From the IMG/VR virus record IMGVR_UViG_3300020381_000857, positions 1 to 45,089 of that record: a stretch of DNA of 45,089 nt. One strand, given 5' to 3'. Below are positions 36,921-44,982 of this stretch, piece after piece (within the stretch, counting starts at the first letter, position 1; each line of letters starts with the position of its first letter). The notes beneath the pieces are model-generated. The model saw only the letters and a program-made list of their open reading frames with translations. It did no database searches and had not been told where the DNA came from. Source of the DNA: a virus (lineage: Duplodnaviria > Caudoviricetes). The position numbers and the translations under genes are program-made.

Positions 36921-37736
36921 ATGCATTATGATCTAACAGCTTCCAAAAAGTCTTTTGAAGCAATTGATCCTCCTTCAGAGTATTATATTGAATTAGATGA
37001 TCTTTTGAATGGAAAATACACAAATAAATTTGAAGGGTTTTTAGTAATAAAAAATGTTTTCTCTCATGAAATTATTGATTCTCTAAGGAATGAATATTTT
37101 TCACTTTTTAAAGAAGACTATGTATATGATGGTAATGAATGGACTCATGTTAAGAGATCGAAATTGTCTCATGGTGTAGGTTCACACCCATCTACTATTT
37201 TTGTACGTTCAAAATCATTCCGTGATTTTATTGAGTCAAGTATTCTAAAGAAATTATCATCTGCTTTACTACATTCAGATGAATCTGTTTTATGTCCACG
37301 AGCTATATTAAGAAGTTTTTCTCATTTTAGTTCTAGATGTACCTTAGCTCATCGTGATGTAGATTACTTCTCCACACCAGATGATACTAAAGTAGTTACT
37401 ACTTGGATTCCACTTGGGCCTGCTGACGATCATCATGGACAACTTATCTACCTAAAAGATTCTCATAAAAATATTTCAACAATATCAAAATTGGTTAAAG
37501 ATGATAGAACAATTACTAGTGACTTAAAAAGTTTGGCAGATCGTTTTGAAAGTATTTGGTACATGCCAACTTTATCTAAAGGAGATATTATGGTTCATTG
37601 TCTGAATACTGTTCATGCATCCTTTAATACCAATAATAGTATTCCAAGGTTATCATGTGATTTAAGATTCGCACCTTCTACTGAGTATCTTGATCCTAAA
37701 TGGTCTTCTCATTGGAGAGGTGATGATGGGTTATAA
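36921..37736 (+). CDS. PhyH-family 2OG-Fe(II) dioxygenase
   Basis: AHRD, TWIPL, SH, GD...H...HAS, RLS.DLR. Confidence 0.85.
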   Translation: MHYDLTASKKSFEAIDPPSEYYIELDDLLNGKYTNKFEGFLVIKNVFSHEIIDSLRNEYFSLFKEDYVYDGNEWTHVKRSKLSHGVGSHPSTIFVRSKSFRDFIESSILKKLSSALLHSDESVLCPRAILRSFSHFSSRCTLAHRDVDYFSTPDDTKVVTTWIPLGPADDHHGQLIYLKDSHKNISTISKLVKDDRTITSDLKSLADRFESIWYMPTLSKGDIMVHCLNTVHASFNTNNSIPRLSCDLRFAPSTEYLDPKWSSHWRGDDGL

Positions 37737-38775
37737 ATTTTTAGATTTTAATCAACCAATTAATGACCAACTTGAAAAAGCATTGGTCAAAGTTTTACGT
37801 TCTGGATTTTGGTCTACTGGCCCACAATCAAAACTGCTTGAGGATAGTCTTTCAAAAATCTATCAGCGTTACTGCGTAACTACTTCAAGTGGTGGAACTG
37901 CATTACAAACAGTGAGTTTATTATTTCCTCAAATTAAAAAAATAGCAGTTCAATCAAATACATATTTTGCCAGTTGTTTACCTTGGGTTACAGCAAATAA
38001 AGAAATCATTCTTCTTGGTTCTAATGAAAATCTTTTAATGCCTGATATCAGCATTATTAAAGATGCTCTAGAGCATCAACCAGATGCTATTGTTCTTACT
38101 CATATTGGTGGATATCCTAATCCTGACATTCTTGAGATATCAAACTTGTGTAAGGATAATGGAGTTATTCTTATTGAAGACTGTGCTCATTCACCTTTTG
38201 TCAGTATAGATCATCAATATGTTGGTACTTTTGGAGATGCAGCAATTCTATCTTTCTTTCCAACTAAACCTATACCTGCTGGTGAGGGAGGAGCTGTCAT
38301 TCTTAAAGACGAGTCAAAGGCAAAACAAGCAAGTCGTTTACGTGATTATGGTAAGTATCCTCTTGATGGATCATTGCATCATACATTACCAGCACTTCCA
38401 AATGCTAGAATGAATGATTTTTCTGCAGCAATTGCTAACGTAATAATTGATAATTACAAATCAATTATTCAACATAAAGAAAAACTAGCAGATATCTATG
38501 ATTCCAAGTTAAGTGATTATTCTTTTAAGAAGATTAATTATACCGAATCTGTTGTCTCTCCATCATATTATAAGTACATCTGTTTTATCACAGATTCACC
38601 TACAAAGACTTCTCCTGTTTATGATCATACAAATCAAATAACCTCAATTCTTGATGAAAATTTATACCCATATACCTTTATAGGTGAGACTCGTTCTTGG
38701 GTTCCTCATGTCTGTTTACCGATAACACCATCAATGAACGAGGGTGATATATACAATATAATATCATCATTATGA
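37723..38775 (+). CDS. Second DegT-family aminotransferase
   Basis: SSGGTAL, HIGG, IEDCAH, SFFPTK, GEGG. Confidence 0.88.
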   Translation: MMGYKFLDFNQPINDQLEKALVKVLRSGFWSTGPQSKLLEDSLSKIYQRYCVTTSSGGTALQTVSLLFPQIKKIAVQSNTYFASCLPWVTANKEIILLGSNENLLMPDISIIKDALEHQPDAIVLTHIGGYPNPDILEISNLCKDNGVILIEDCAHSPFVSIDHQYVGTFGDAAILSFFPTKPIPAGEGGAVILKDESKAKQASRLRDYGKYPLDGSLHHTLPALPNARMNDFSAAIANVIIDNYKSIIQHKEKLADIYDSKLSDYSFKKINYTESVVSPSYYKYICFITDSPTKTSPVYDHTNQITSILDENLYPYTFIGETRSWVPHVCLPITPSMNEGDIYNIISSL

Positions 38776-39449
38776 TTATGGAAGTTACTATTTTGGGGAG
38801 AGGTGAGTCTCTTAAAAAACTTGATAAATTTGAATCAGATTGTAGTGATGTGATTTTAGTTAATGAGTTTTGGAAAACATCTGGAAATCCTTGTGATTAT
38901 TATAAAATACCTGAAATTTCTAAATTTATTACTGGAAAGGATATAACTCTTGTTGGTACACCTGCTATGGGAAGTGGGTTATCCATGACTCAAAATATTG
39001 AGTCGGAACATAATGTTAAAAATAAATTCACCACAAATTTTGCTCCTGGTTCTGGTTCAGATAGAGATAGTTATCCTATGGGTGGATGGGGTGTATTTCC
39101 TCAAGAATGTTTAGAAGATTACAAATATGCACATCTTAGTGGTGAATTGAAACAGGATGACGTTTATCCTGGTGTATGGAAATATGGATGTGTAAGAGGT
39201 TCCTTAGCTTGGGCTATTATGCTTGCTGTTGATTATTATAAGGCAGACAAGGTAATTATTTTTGGTCAGGATTTTTACGAAAAGGATTATCTGGTTCCAC
39301 AAGATTATGACTATGAGACTGAGAGAAAACAAACTCAATCAATCAAGAATGATTTTTCTCTGTTGTTTAAATTTTTTGATAAAGTAAAATTTGTATTACA
39401 TACAGTATCATCTTATAATCCTGATTTAGAAAATGTCACAATCTTATGA
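38772..39449 (+). CDS. CstII (GT42)/Maf-like putative nonulosonate transferase
   Basis: ILGRGESL...VILVNEFW...GS...AI.LA...KVIIFGQDFY parallels CstII IAGNGPSL...CNQFY...YLSGIDFY. Confidence 0.55.
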   Translation: MIMEVTILGRGESLKKLDKFESDCSDVILVNEFWKTSGNPCDYYKIPEISKFITGKDITLVGTPAMGSGLSMTQNIESEHNVKNKFTTNFAPGSGSDRDSYPMGGWGVFPQECLEDYKYAHLSGELKQDDVYPGVWKYGCVRGSLAWAIMLAVDYYKADKVIIFGQDFYEKDYLVPQDYDYETERKQTQSIKNDFSLLFKFFDKVKFVLHTVSSYNPDLENVTIL

Positions 39450-40416
39450 AGTTGTAAAGAAATATCTTCCATATTTTTTTGATGTTACAACTAATTACTA
39501 TTATAGTAATCCTAATAATAAACAAAAAATTCTTGATGGTGGTAATGAAATGAGACCATCAGTTAAAGAAGGAAAATATAAGATCTTTACTTTTGCTGAT
39601 AGGCATAGGGAAAGAGAAACCAATATGAAAGTATTCAAGGAGAAAGTTGAAAAGTATTCTATTATAGATGAGGTGAGTGTATTTAATCTTTCTGATGTGG
39701 ATGCAGACTATATCAAGGATAACCAATCATTGTTTGATGATAATCGAATCTTTCCTTGGGCAGCAAAGGCATACTTGATGTATAAAGGCCTTCAAGATTG
39801 TGATGATGGTGATGTTATCTTTTGGATTGATAGTGATATCATAGATTTAAAAGAAGATGGTGTTGAGAATCTTTTTAATCTTGCAAACAATTCAGAGAAA
39901 GGAATCGTAGGATTTCATAGTGACTGGTGGTTAGAAAGATTGTTTACTAAGAGTGATCTATACAAACACTTCAACATTACTGATCCATTATATTGGAATA
40001 CTAATCAAGCATATGGTGGTATCTTCTTGGTAAAGAAAAATGAATACACAGTCAAATTTTTTCAAGAATTATTTGACACATGGAGTATAATTAGATTGAT
40101 GGATTATTCTCCATCTCGTGGTACAGAGAGTGAACATTTTATTAAACATCAAAATGATCAGTCAATATTGTCTTTATTATATAAGATACATAATATAAAG
40201 ACATTTCCCCTTCCATTGTATGACTTATATCAAACAAATATTATTGGATTACACAGTGGGTATTTTGAAGAAGGAGTAATCCTTCCAATCATTTGGGAGT
40301 CTTGTTGGCACGGTGTTTCATATAAACAAATGTGGATTAATTGTAATAGCAAGTTTGGTAAATCAGTATCACCTTCCGAATGTCTTTCAATGTCAACAGA
40401 TAACTATGAATTATGA
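39433..40416 (+). CDS. Putative GT-A glycosyltransferase
   Basis: WAAKAYL, FWIDSD (DxD), HQNDQSILSLL. Confidence 0.7.
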   Translation: MSQSYEVVKKYLPYFFDVTTNYYYSNPNNKQKILDGGNEMRPSVKEGKYKIFTFADRHRERETNMKVFKEKVEKYSIIDEVSVFNLSDVDADYIKDNQSLFDDNRIFPWAAKAYLMYKGLQDCDDGDVIFWIDSDIIDLKEDGVENLFNLANNSEKGIVGFHSDWWLERLFTKSDLYKHFNITDPLYWNTNQAYGGIFLVKKNEYTVKFFQELFDTWSIIRLMDYSPSRGTESEHFIKHQNDQSILSLLYKIHNIKTFPLPLYDLYQTNIIGLHSGYFEEGVILPIIWESCWHGVSYKQMWINCNSKFGKSVSPSECLSMSTDNYEL

Positions 40417-41300
40417 GTAAAAGTATTGTAACAGGTGGATGTGGATTTATAGGATCACATCTTGTAAAAAGATTAGCTAGTTTGGGGCACGAAGTTATTG
40501 TTTTAGACAGAGTTAAACCCAAAAATCCTTGTGAAGGTGTAACTTATTATCTTCAAGATATTTCAGAAAAGTATTCAAAGTACATTCATCTTTTTGAAAG
40601 TGTGAATAATGTTTTTCATTTAGCATCAGAGGTATCAATTCCTTATTGTGTTGAAAAACCAAATGAAAGCATGTATAATAATATTGTTGCAAGTATGAAT
40701 GTTTTGGAATGTTCTAGAGTACATAAAGTTGATAAGTTTATATTATCATCTACTTCTGCAGTGTATGGAAATACTACGATTGTTCCTAGTTACGAGAATC
40801 AACCAGTAAAGTGTTTGAATACATATTCAATTTCAAAATATTCTGCGGAACAATTATGTCAAATGTATTATAATCTTTATGGTCTTAAGACTGTAATTTT
40901 TAGATACTTTAATGTTTATGGTGAAGGACAACATAAAACAGGTCAGTATGCTCCAGTGATGTCAATCTTTAAAAGACAAAAAGATAATAAAGAACCATTA
41001 ACAGTGATTGAACCAGGATATCAAACTCGTGATTTTGTCCACGTTGACGATATTGTACATGCAAATATCTTAGCTTCTCAAAAAGATTTGGATGAATATG
41101 GTGAGGCCTTTAATGTTGGAACTGGAGAAGGAACTGATATTCAAACTATCGCAGATTTAATATCTGATTATCAAACTAGTATTCCTCAAAGACCTGGTGA
41201 AGCGTTGCATTCTAGATCAAATACTGATAAAATAAAAGAAGTATTACAATGGAATTATAAAATCAAATTAATTGATTGGATTAAAACTAAATTTAATTAA
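40413..41300 (+). CDS. NAD-dependent epimerase/dehydratase (UDP-glucose 4-epimerase-like)
   Basis: TGGCGFIGSH, SSTSAVYG, YSISK, RYFNVYG, QTRDFVHV. Confidence 0.9.
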   Translation: MSKSIVTGGCGFIGSHLVKRLASLGHEVIVLDRVKPKNPCEGVTYYLQDISEKYSKYIHLFESVNNVFHLASEVSIPYCVEKPNESMYNNIVASMNVLECSRVHKVDKFILSSTSAVYGNTTIVPSYENQPVKCLNTYSISKYSAEQLCQMYYNLYGLKTVIFRYFNVYGEGQHKTGQYAPVMSIFKRQKDNKEPLTVIEPGYQTRDFVHVDDIVHANILASQKDLDEYGEAFNVGTGEGTDIQTIADLISDYQTSIPQRPGEALHSRSNTDKIKEVLQWNYKIKLIDWIKTKFN

Positions 41301-41304
41301 GATT

Positions 41305-42063
41305 ATGAATGTAAATTTATTTAATGAATCAAAAATCTCAAATAGAGAGGTACAACTTATCATAGATGAGTATGGAGAAACTACTGCAGATCGATTGTTT
41401 AATGAGATAAACAAAATAGAAAATGGTATTCTAGTTGATCTTGGTGTTTGCGATGGTTTTAGTTCCAGATTGATGTTAGAGAAGTGTTTAAAAAACAACA
41501 ACCTAATAGCTGCGGTTGATATAAACACTAGATTTACATCTGATAATCCACATTGGAATTATATTAATTACGATTCAGCACATGTTGGAGAGCATTGGGA
41601 AGATAAGCAAGTTGATCTTGTGTTCTTTGATACTGTTCATGTTAAAGAACAAGTTTTGACTGAAACTTATTATTGGTGGGATCATATAAAAGAAGGTGGT
41701 CTTGCAATTTATCATGATACTAGTTGGCATGGATATCGACATCATGCTAGACATCGTGCTGCAGGTAAACAACCAGGAAGCAGTAGACAAGGATTCGATA
41801 GATATGGTGGAATTGATTGGGATACACCAGACAGAGCAGTAGAGACATTCTTTAATGTTAATTTAAATCCTCCCGAAAGAGATATTAACAATAACAACTT
41901 TGTAGATGTTTATGAAGATGAATATATTAAGGTTGAACAAAACTGGGCCTTTCTTGGATTAACTATAGTTGAGAAGAAAAAGCATTTTGATTACAAAGAT
42001 AATCAGAACATAGATTGGGAAAACGTTTTTGAACGTAGAAAACTTTTATTATCACATCTTTAA
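41305..42063 (+). CDS. Class I SAM-dependent methyltransferase
   Basis: VDLGVCDGFS, DLVFFDTVH, GGLAIYHD. Confidence 0.8.
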   Translation: MNVNLFNESKISNREVQLIIDEYGETTADRLFNEINKIENGILVDLGVCDGFSSRLMLEKCLKNNNLIAAVDINTRFTSDNPHWNYINYDSAHVGEHWEDKQVDLVFFDTVHVKEQVLTETYYWWDHIKEGGLAIYHDTSWHGYRHHARHRAAGKQPGSSRQGFDRYGGIDWDTPDRAVETFFNVNLNPPERDINNNNFVDVYEDEYIKVEQNWAFLGLTIVEKKKHFDYKDNQNIDWENVFERRKLLLSHL

Positions 42064-42069
42064 TAGACA

Positions 42070-42771
42070 ATGAAAAAAATTACAATTAATTTATCATTCT
42101 ACAATCAGAATGATGTTCTTGTGGAACAGATAAAATGTTGGAAATCATGGAGAAAAGAAATAAGAGATCAATTTTCTTTTTGTATTATAGATGATTGTAG
42201 TAAATTGAAAGCAACTGAGGTTTTATCTGATGTTGATTTGAGTGATATCGATTTAACTATTTACAGAGTTAAAGAAGATTTAAAATGGAATATAGCTGGA
42301 GTTAGAAATCTTTCGGGACGGGAATGTAAAACTGAGTGGATGGTAATATTAGATATGGATTGTTTTGTTCCAGAGGAAACTGCAATAGGAATGCTTACAT
42401 TATCAGAAAAAGGTGGTAATAATGCATATAAATTTACTAGAAGAGTTGTAGAGAATACATCACATCAAAAACATGGTGATCCACATCCTGCAATTTGTTT
42501 AATTCGTAAGGAAGATTATTGGAACGTTGGTGGTTGCGAAGAAGATTTAGTTGGTAGACATGGTTTTACAGACCCTTCCTTTTGGTATAGATCTCAAGGT
42601 AAGATAAATGTACACATTACAAATTTACCTTTAGATTATTACGATGAAGCAGAAGTATTGGATGATAATAAATTTAATTATCCCAATAGAGGATTGTTTG
42701 AAGAAAAGAAAAGAACTGGAAATTGGTCAACTGATTTTGTAAGATTTGATTGGGAAAAAATATATGGATAA
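42070..42771 (+). CDS. GT2/GT7-like glycosyltransferase
   Basis: IIDDCS, RNL, LDMD, VGGCEED. Confidence 0.82.
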   Translation: MKKITINLSFYNQNDVLVEQIKCWKSWRKEIRDQFSFCIIDDCSKLKATEVLSDVDLSDIDLTIYRVKEDLKWNIAGVRNLSGRECKTEWMVILDMDCFVPEETAIGMLTLSEKGGNNAYKFTRRVVENTSHQKHGDPHPAICLIRKEDYWNVGGCEEDLVGRHGFTDPSFWYRSQGKINVHITNLPLDYYDEAEVLDDNKFNYPNRGLFEEKKRTGNWSTDFVRFDWEKIYG

Positions 42772-43561
42772 AAACAAAGCAGCATTTAAATTAAAAGGTA
42801 TCCCACCAGTTTATTGTATCAACTTAGATGGTGAACCAGAGAGATGGTTTTATATGGAAACTCAATTTAAGTATTGGGAGATAGAAAACTATACACGCAT
42901 CTCTGCATACGATGGTCGTGAAGATGATCTAAGTGATATCATAAAAGGAAAGTATCCAGATAACATGAATTCTGGTGAGGTTGGATGCGTGACTTCTCAT
43001 CTGAAAGCCATGAAAGAATTTCTCAAAACAGATGAACCTTATGCACTTATTATAGAAGATGATTGTGATTTTGATCCAGTAAGATATTGGTCTTTCACTT
43101 GGAGAGATGTTATGTCTAAGTTACCATATGACTTTGATGTATTTCAAACTGCGATTATAAATCCTGGCCAATTGTTTTTGAAGATGCATAAGAGGTTTGT
43201 GAATGACTTTTCAACCGCATCGTATTTAATTACAAGATATCATGCAGAGAAACTTGTGAGATTACATTGTCGTGGTGACAAGTATAAATTAGATCAAGGA
43301 GCAAAACCAAGAGCAGTTGCAGACGATTTGATATACAACTCAGGAAACACATATGCAATGCCATTACTTCTATACAAGATAGAGATGGGTTCATCTATAC
43401 ATGGTGAGCATGTTGAGGTATTTCATCGTAGCAGTCATAATGGATTGACAAACTTCTGGAAAAATGATTCAAACAAAATTGAGAACTGGGATGAATTGTT
43501 TGATTATGATCCATATATGGGGAGACTACCACCCGAAGGTGCACCTCAAGCAGAAAAATAG
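42764..43561 (+). CDS. GT25 glycosyltransferase
   Basis: YCINLD...R, AYDG, GEVGC..SH, IEDD. Confidence 0.9.
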   Translation: MDKNKAAFKLKGIPPVYCINLDGEPERWFYMETQFKYWEIENYTRISAYDGREDDLSDIIKGKYPDNMNSGEVGCVTSHLKAMKEFLKTDEPYALIIEDDCDFDPVRYWSFTWRDVMSKLPYDFDVFQTAIINPGQLFLKMHKRFVNDFSTASYLITRYHAEKLVRLHCRGDKYKLDQGAKPRAVADDLIYNSGNTYAMPLLLYKIEMGSSIHGEHVEVFHRSSHNGLTNFWKNDSNKIENWDELFDYDPYMGRLPPEGAPQAEK

Positions 43562-43577
43562 TTTGATTTCGTAACAC

Positions 43578-43611
43578 TTGACACATTCTTAACCATATGT
43601 TAAACTAAATA
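43578..43611 (+). promoter_or_regulatory. Sigma70 promoter with overlapping late-promoter-like box
   Basis: TTGACA-17 nt-TAAACT with TG extension; CTAAATA at 43605-43611. Confidence 0.7.
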
Positions 43612-43619
43612 TTATTACA

Positions 43620-43720
43620 GAAGCAAAGGCCCGAAAGATCGTACCCTGTGTTGAATGTAAGAATCTTTATGTCGAAAGATTTATCATCCGCAGGTTTTTT
43701 TATTGTCTGCGAGATACTAT
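43620..43720 (+). ncRNA. Candidate structured 5' leader RNA
   Basis: Competing helices AAAGAT/ATCTTT/AAAGAT and CCTGTG/CGCAGG/TCTGCG, with a U7 tract. Confidence 0.45.
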
Positions 43721-43729
43721 AAAACAAAA

Positions 43730-44092
43730 ATGTCTATTAAGTCTAAAATTGCAGCAGTAGCTGCGTCTCCATTCCTATTCGCTGGTGCTGCATTTGCAGG
43801 CCCTTACGTCAATTTGGAAGCAACTGGTTCATATCCTGATGGTGCATATACATCTGGTGGTCTAGAAGCAGTAGTTGGATACGAAGGAGCAACAGAATCA
43901 GGTATCGGTTGGTACGTGTCTGGTGGCCCAACAGTAACTCACACAGAGACTGCTGATGAGTTCGGTGATGTAGAATTCATTGGATACGTTGGTGGATCTT
44001 ATGATAAGTTCTACGGAGAAATCTCTGGTGTAACTACACCTGCTGACGATATTGACTTCTCTGCTAAAGCAGGTGTTAAGTTCGTTTTCTAA
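43730..44092 (+). CDS. Small outer-membrane beta-barrel-like protein
   Basis: Signal peptide ending AFA|GPYV, amphipathic beta strands, C-terminal GVKFVF (terminal Phe). Confidence 0.75.
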   Translation: MSIKSKIAAVAASPFLFAGAAFAGPYVNLEATGSYPDGAYTSGGLEAVVGYEGATESGIGWYVSGGPTVTHTETADEFGDVEFIGYVGGSYDKFYGEISGVTTPADDIDFSAKAGVKFVF

Positions 44093-44095
44093 ATA

Positions 44096-44128
44096 CGATT
44101 GAGACCTTTCGTGCGGTCTCTACAATCG
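44096..44128 (+). other. Long 3' stem-loop
   Basis: CGATTGAGACC-TTTCGTGC-GGTCTCTACAATCG. Confidence 0.6.
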
Positions 44129-44137
44129 GAACTACTC

Positions 44138-44161
44138 AGACCCCTTCGGGGGTCTTTTTTT
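44138..44161 (+). terminator. Rho-independent terminator with cUUCGg tetraloop
   Basis: AGACCCC-TTCG-GGGGTCT followed by a T run. Confidence 0.93.
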
Positions 44162-44207
44162 GTCTGGAAATCCAAACAATAAATATTGTTACAGGAGGTT
44201 AAGGCAA

Positions 44208-44399
44208 ATGTTACACTTATTAGGTAGAGGACAAGCACCAGAATGGAACGAAGATAAACACGATATAGATGAGGTCTTTGCCTTTCTGTGTTATCGTGGA
44301 ATTCACTACGCAAAATGGGTATGTATAGATGTTATTATGGAGTCTCCTTCTTGGTTTTTAAGCAACCCAAGGAAAGAAGATGATCAAGAAACTGATTGA
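44208..44399 (+). CDS. Small hypothetical protein with an LxYRGxxY motif
   Basis: AGGAGG upstream of ATG 44208; AATAAATA at 44178-44185. Confidence 0.65.
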   Translation: MLHLLGRGQAPEWNEDKHDIDEVFAFLCYRGIHYAKWVCIDVIMESPSWFLSNPRKEDDQETD

Positions 44400-44823
44400 A
44401 TCTGATGATTATATGCTACACAACAAGATAAAGTCGTGTAGCTATAATTTGGATCGTCACGAGTTATCAAAGACATTAGTTGAAAATATGCTGCACTATG
44501 ACGGTGTTGGTCTCTCAGCCAATCAGATTGGTATACAAGAGAGAGCATTTGTGATGATGTGTAATTTGGAAACTAATGAAACAATCACTTGTTTTAATCC
44601 AAAAATAATTAAAGAGTCGAAGAAAACAATTCAATATGATGAAGGATGTTTATCTTATCCAGATGTTTTTATAAAAATTGAGAGACCAAAAACAATTGTG
44701 GTCAAGTATGAAGATGAGAATAAAAAGGTTTATAAACAAAAATTAAAAGAATTTATTTGTAGAATCTTTCAACACGAATACGATCATTTAGAAGGAATTG
44801 ATTTTACTCAACGCAAGATATAG
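44380..44823 (+). CDS. def: Peptide deformylase
   Basis: GVGLSANQIG, EGCLS, QHEYDHLEG. Confidence 0.96.
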   Translation: MIKKLIESDDYMLHNKIKSCSYNLDRHELSKTLVENMLHYDGVGLSANQIGIQERAFVMMCNLETNETITCFNPKIIKESKKTIQYDEGCLSYPDVFIKIERPKTIVVKYEDENKKVYKQKLKEFICRIFQHEYDHLEGIDFTQRKI

Positions 44824-44839
44824 TGTATCCTAAGATACA
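44824..44839. promoter_or_regulatory. NtcA-binding-site-like palindrome
   Basis: TGTA-TCCTAAGA-TACA matches TGTA-N8-TACA. Confidence 0.6.
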
Positions 44840-44925
44840 TTTACTTTACAAAAAGTAATAGATAATCAAGTCCCCAACAGGAGTCTTTTTTTATGTTAGG
44901 AAATAAAAATTAAGAAAAGTTTAAG

Positions 44926-44941
44926 TGTAGTTTATGATACA
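44926..44941. promoter_or_regulatory. Second NtcA-binding-site-like palindrome
   Basis: TGTA-GTTTATGA-TACA; TATAAT follows at 44955-44960. Confidence 0.6.
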
Positions 44942-44982
44942 TTTATCATGTTAATATAATAAGGTTTATTCTAGAAAAACTC

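Noticed and set aside
25390-43561. DNA hypermodification system (oxygenase plus glycosyltransferase)
   Set aside because: The enzyme families are surface-polysaccharide types; no thymidylate-synthase-like hydroxymethylase, TET/JBP or T4 glucosyltransferase recognised; not formally excluded
43571-43584. NtcA-like GTA-N8-CAC overlapping the -35 box
   Set aside because: Mismatch in the TAC half-site and explained by the TTGACA promoter element
1453-44313. Many 60-120-aa ORFs nested in or antisense to identified genes
   Set aside because: They fully overlap well-supported CDSs and lack motifs or expression signals; treated as shadow frames
44866-44892. Possible terminator AAGTCCCCAACAGGAGTCTTTTTTT after def
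   Set aside because: The stem pairs poorly; the T tract alone is insufficient
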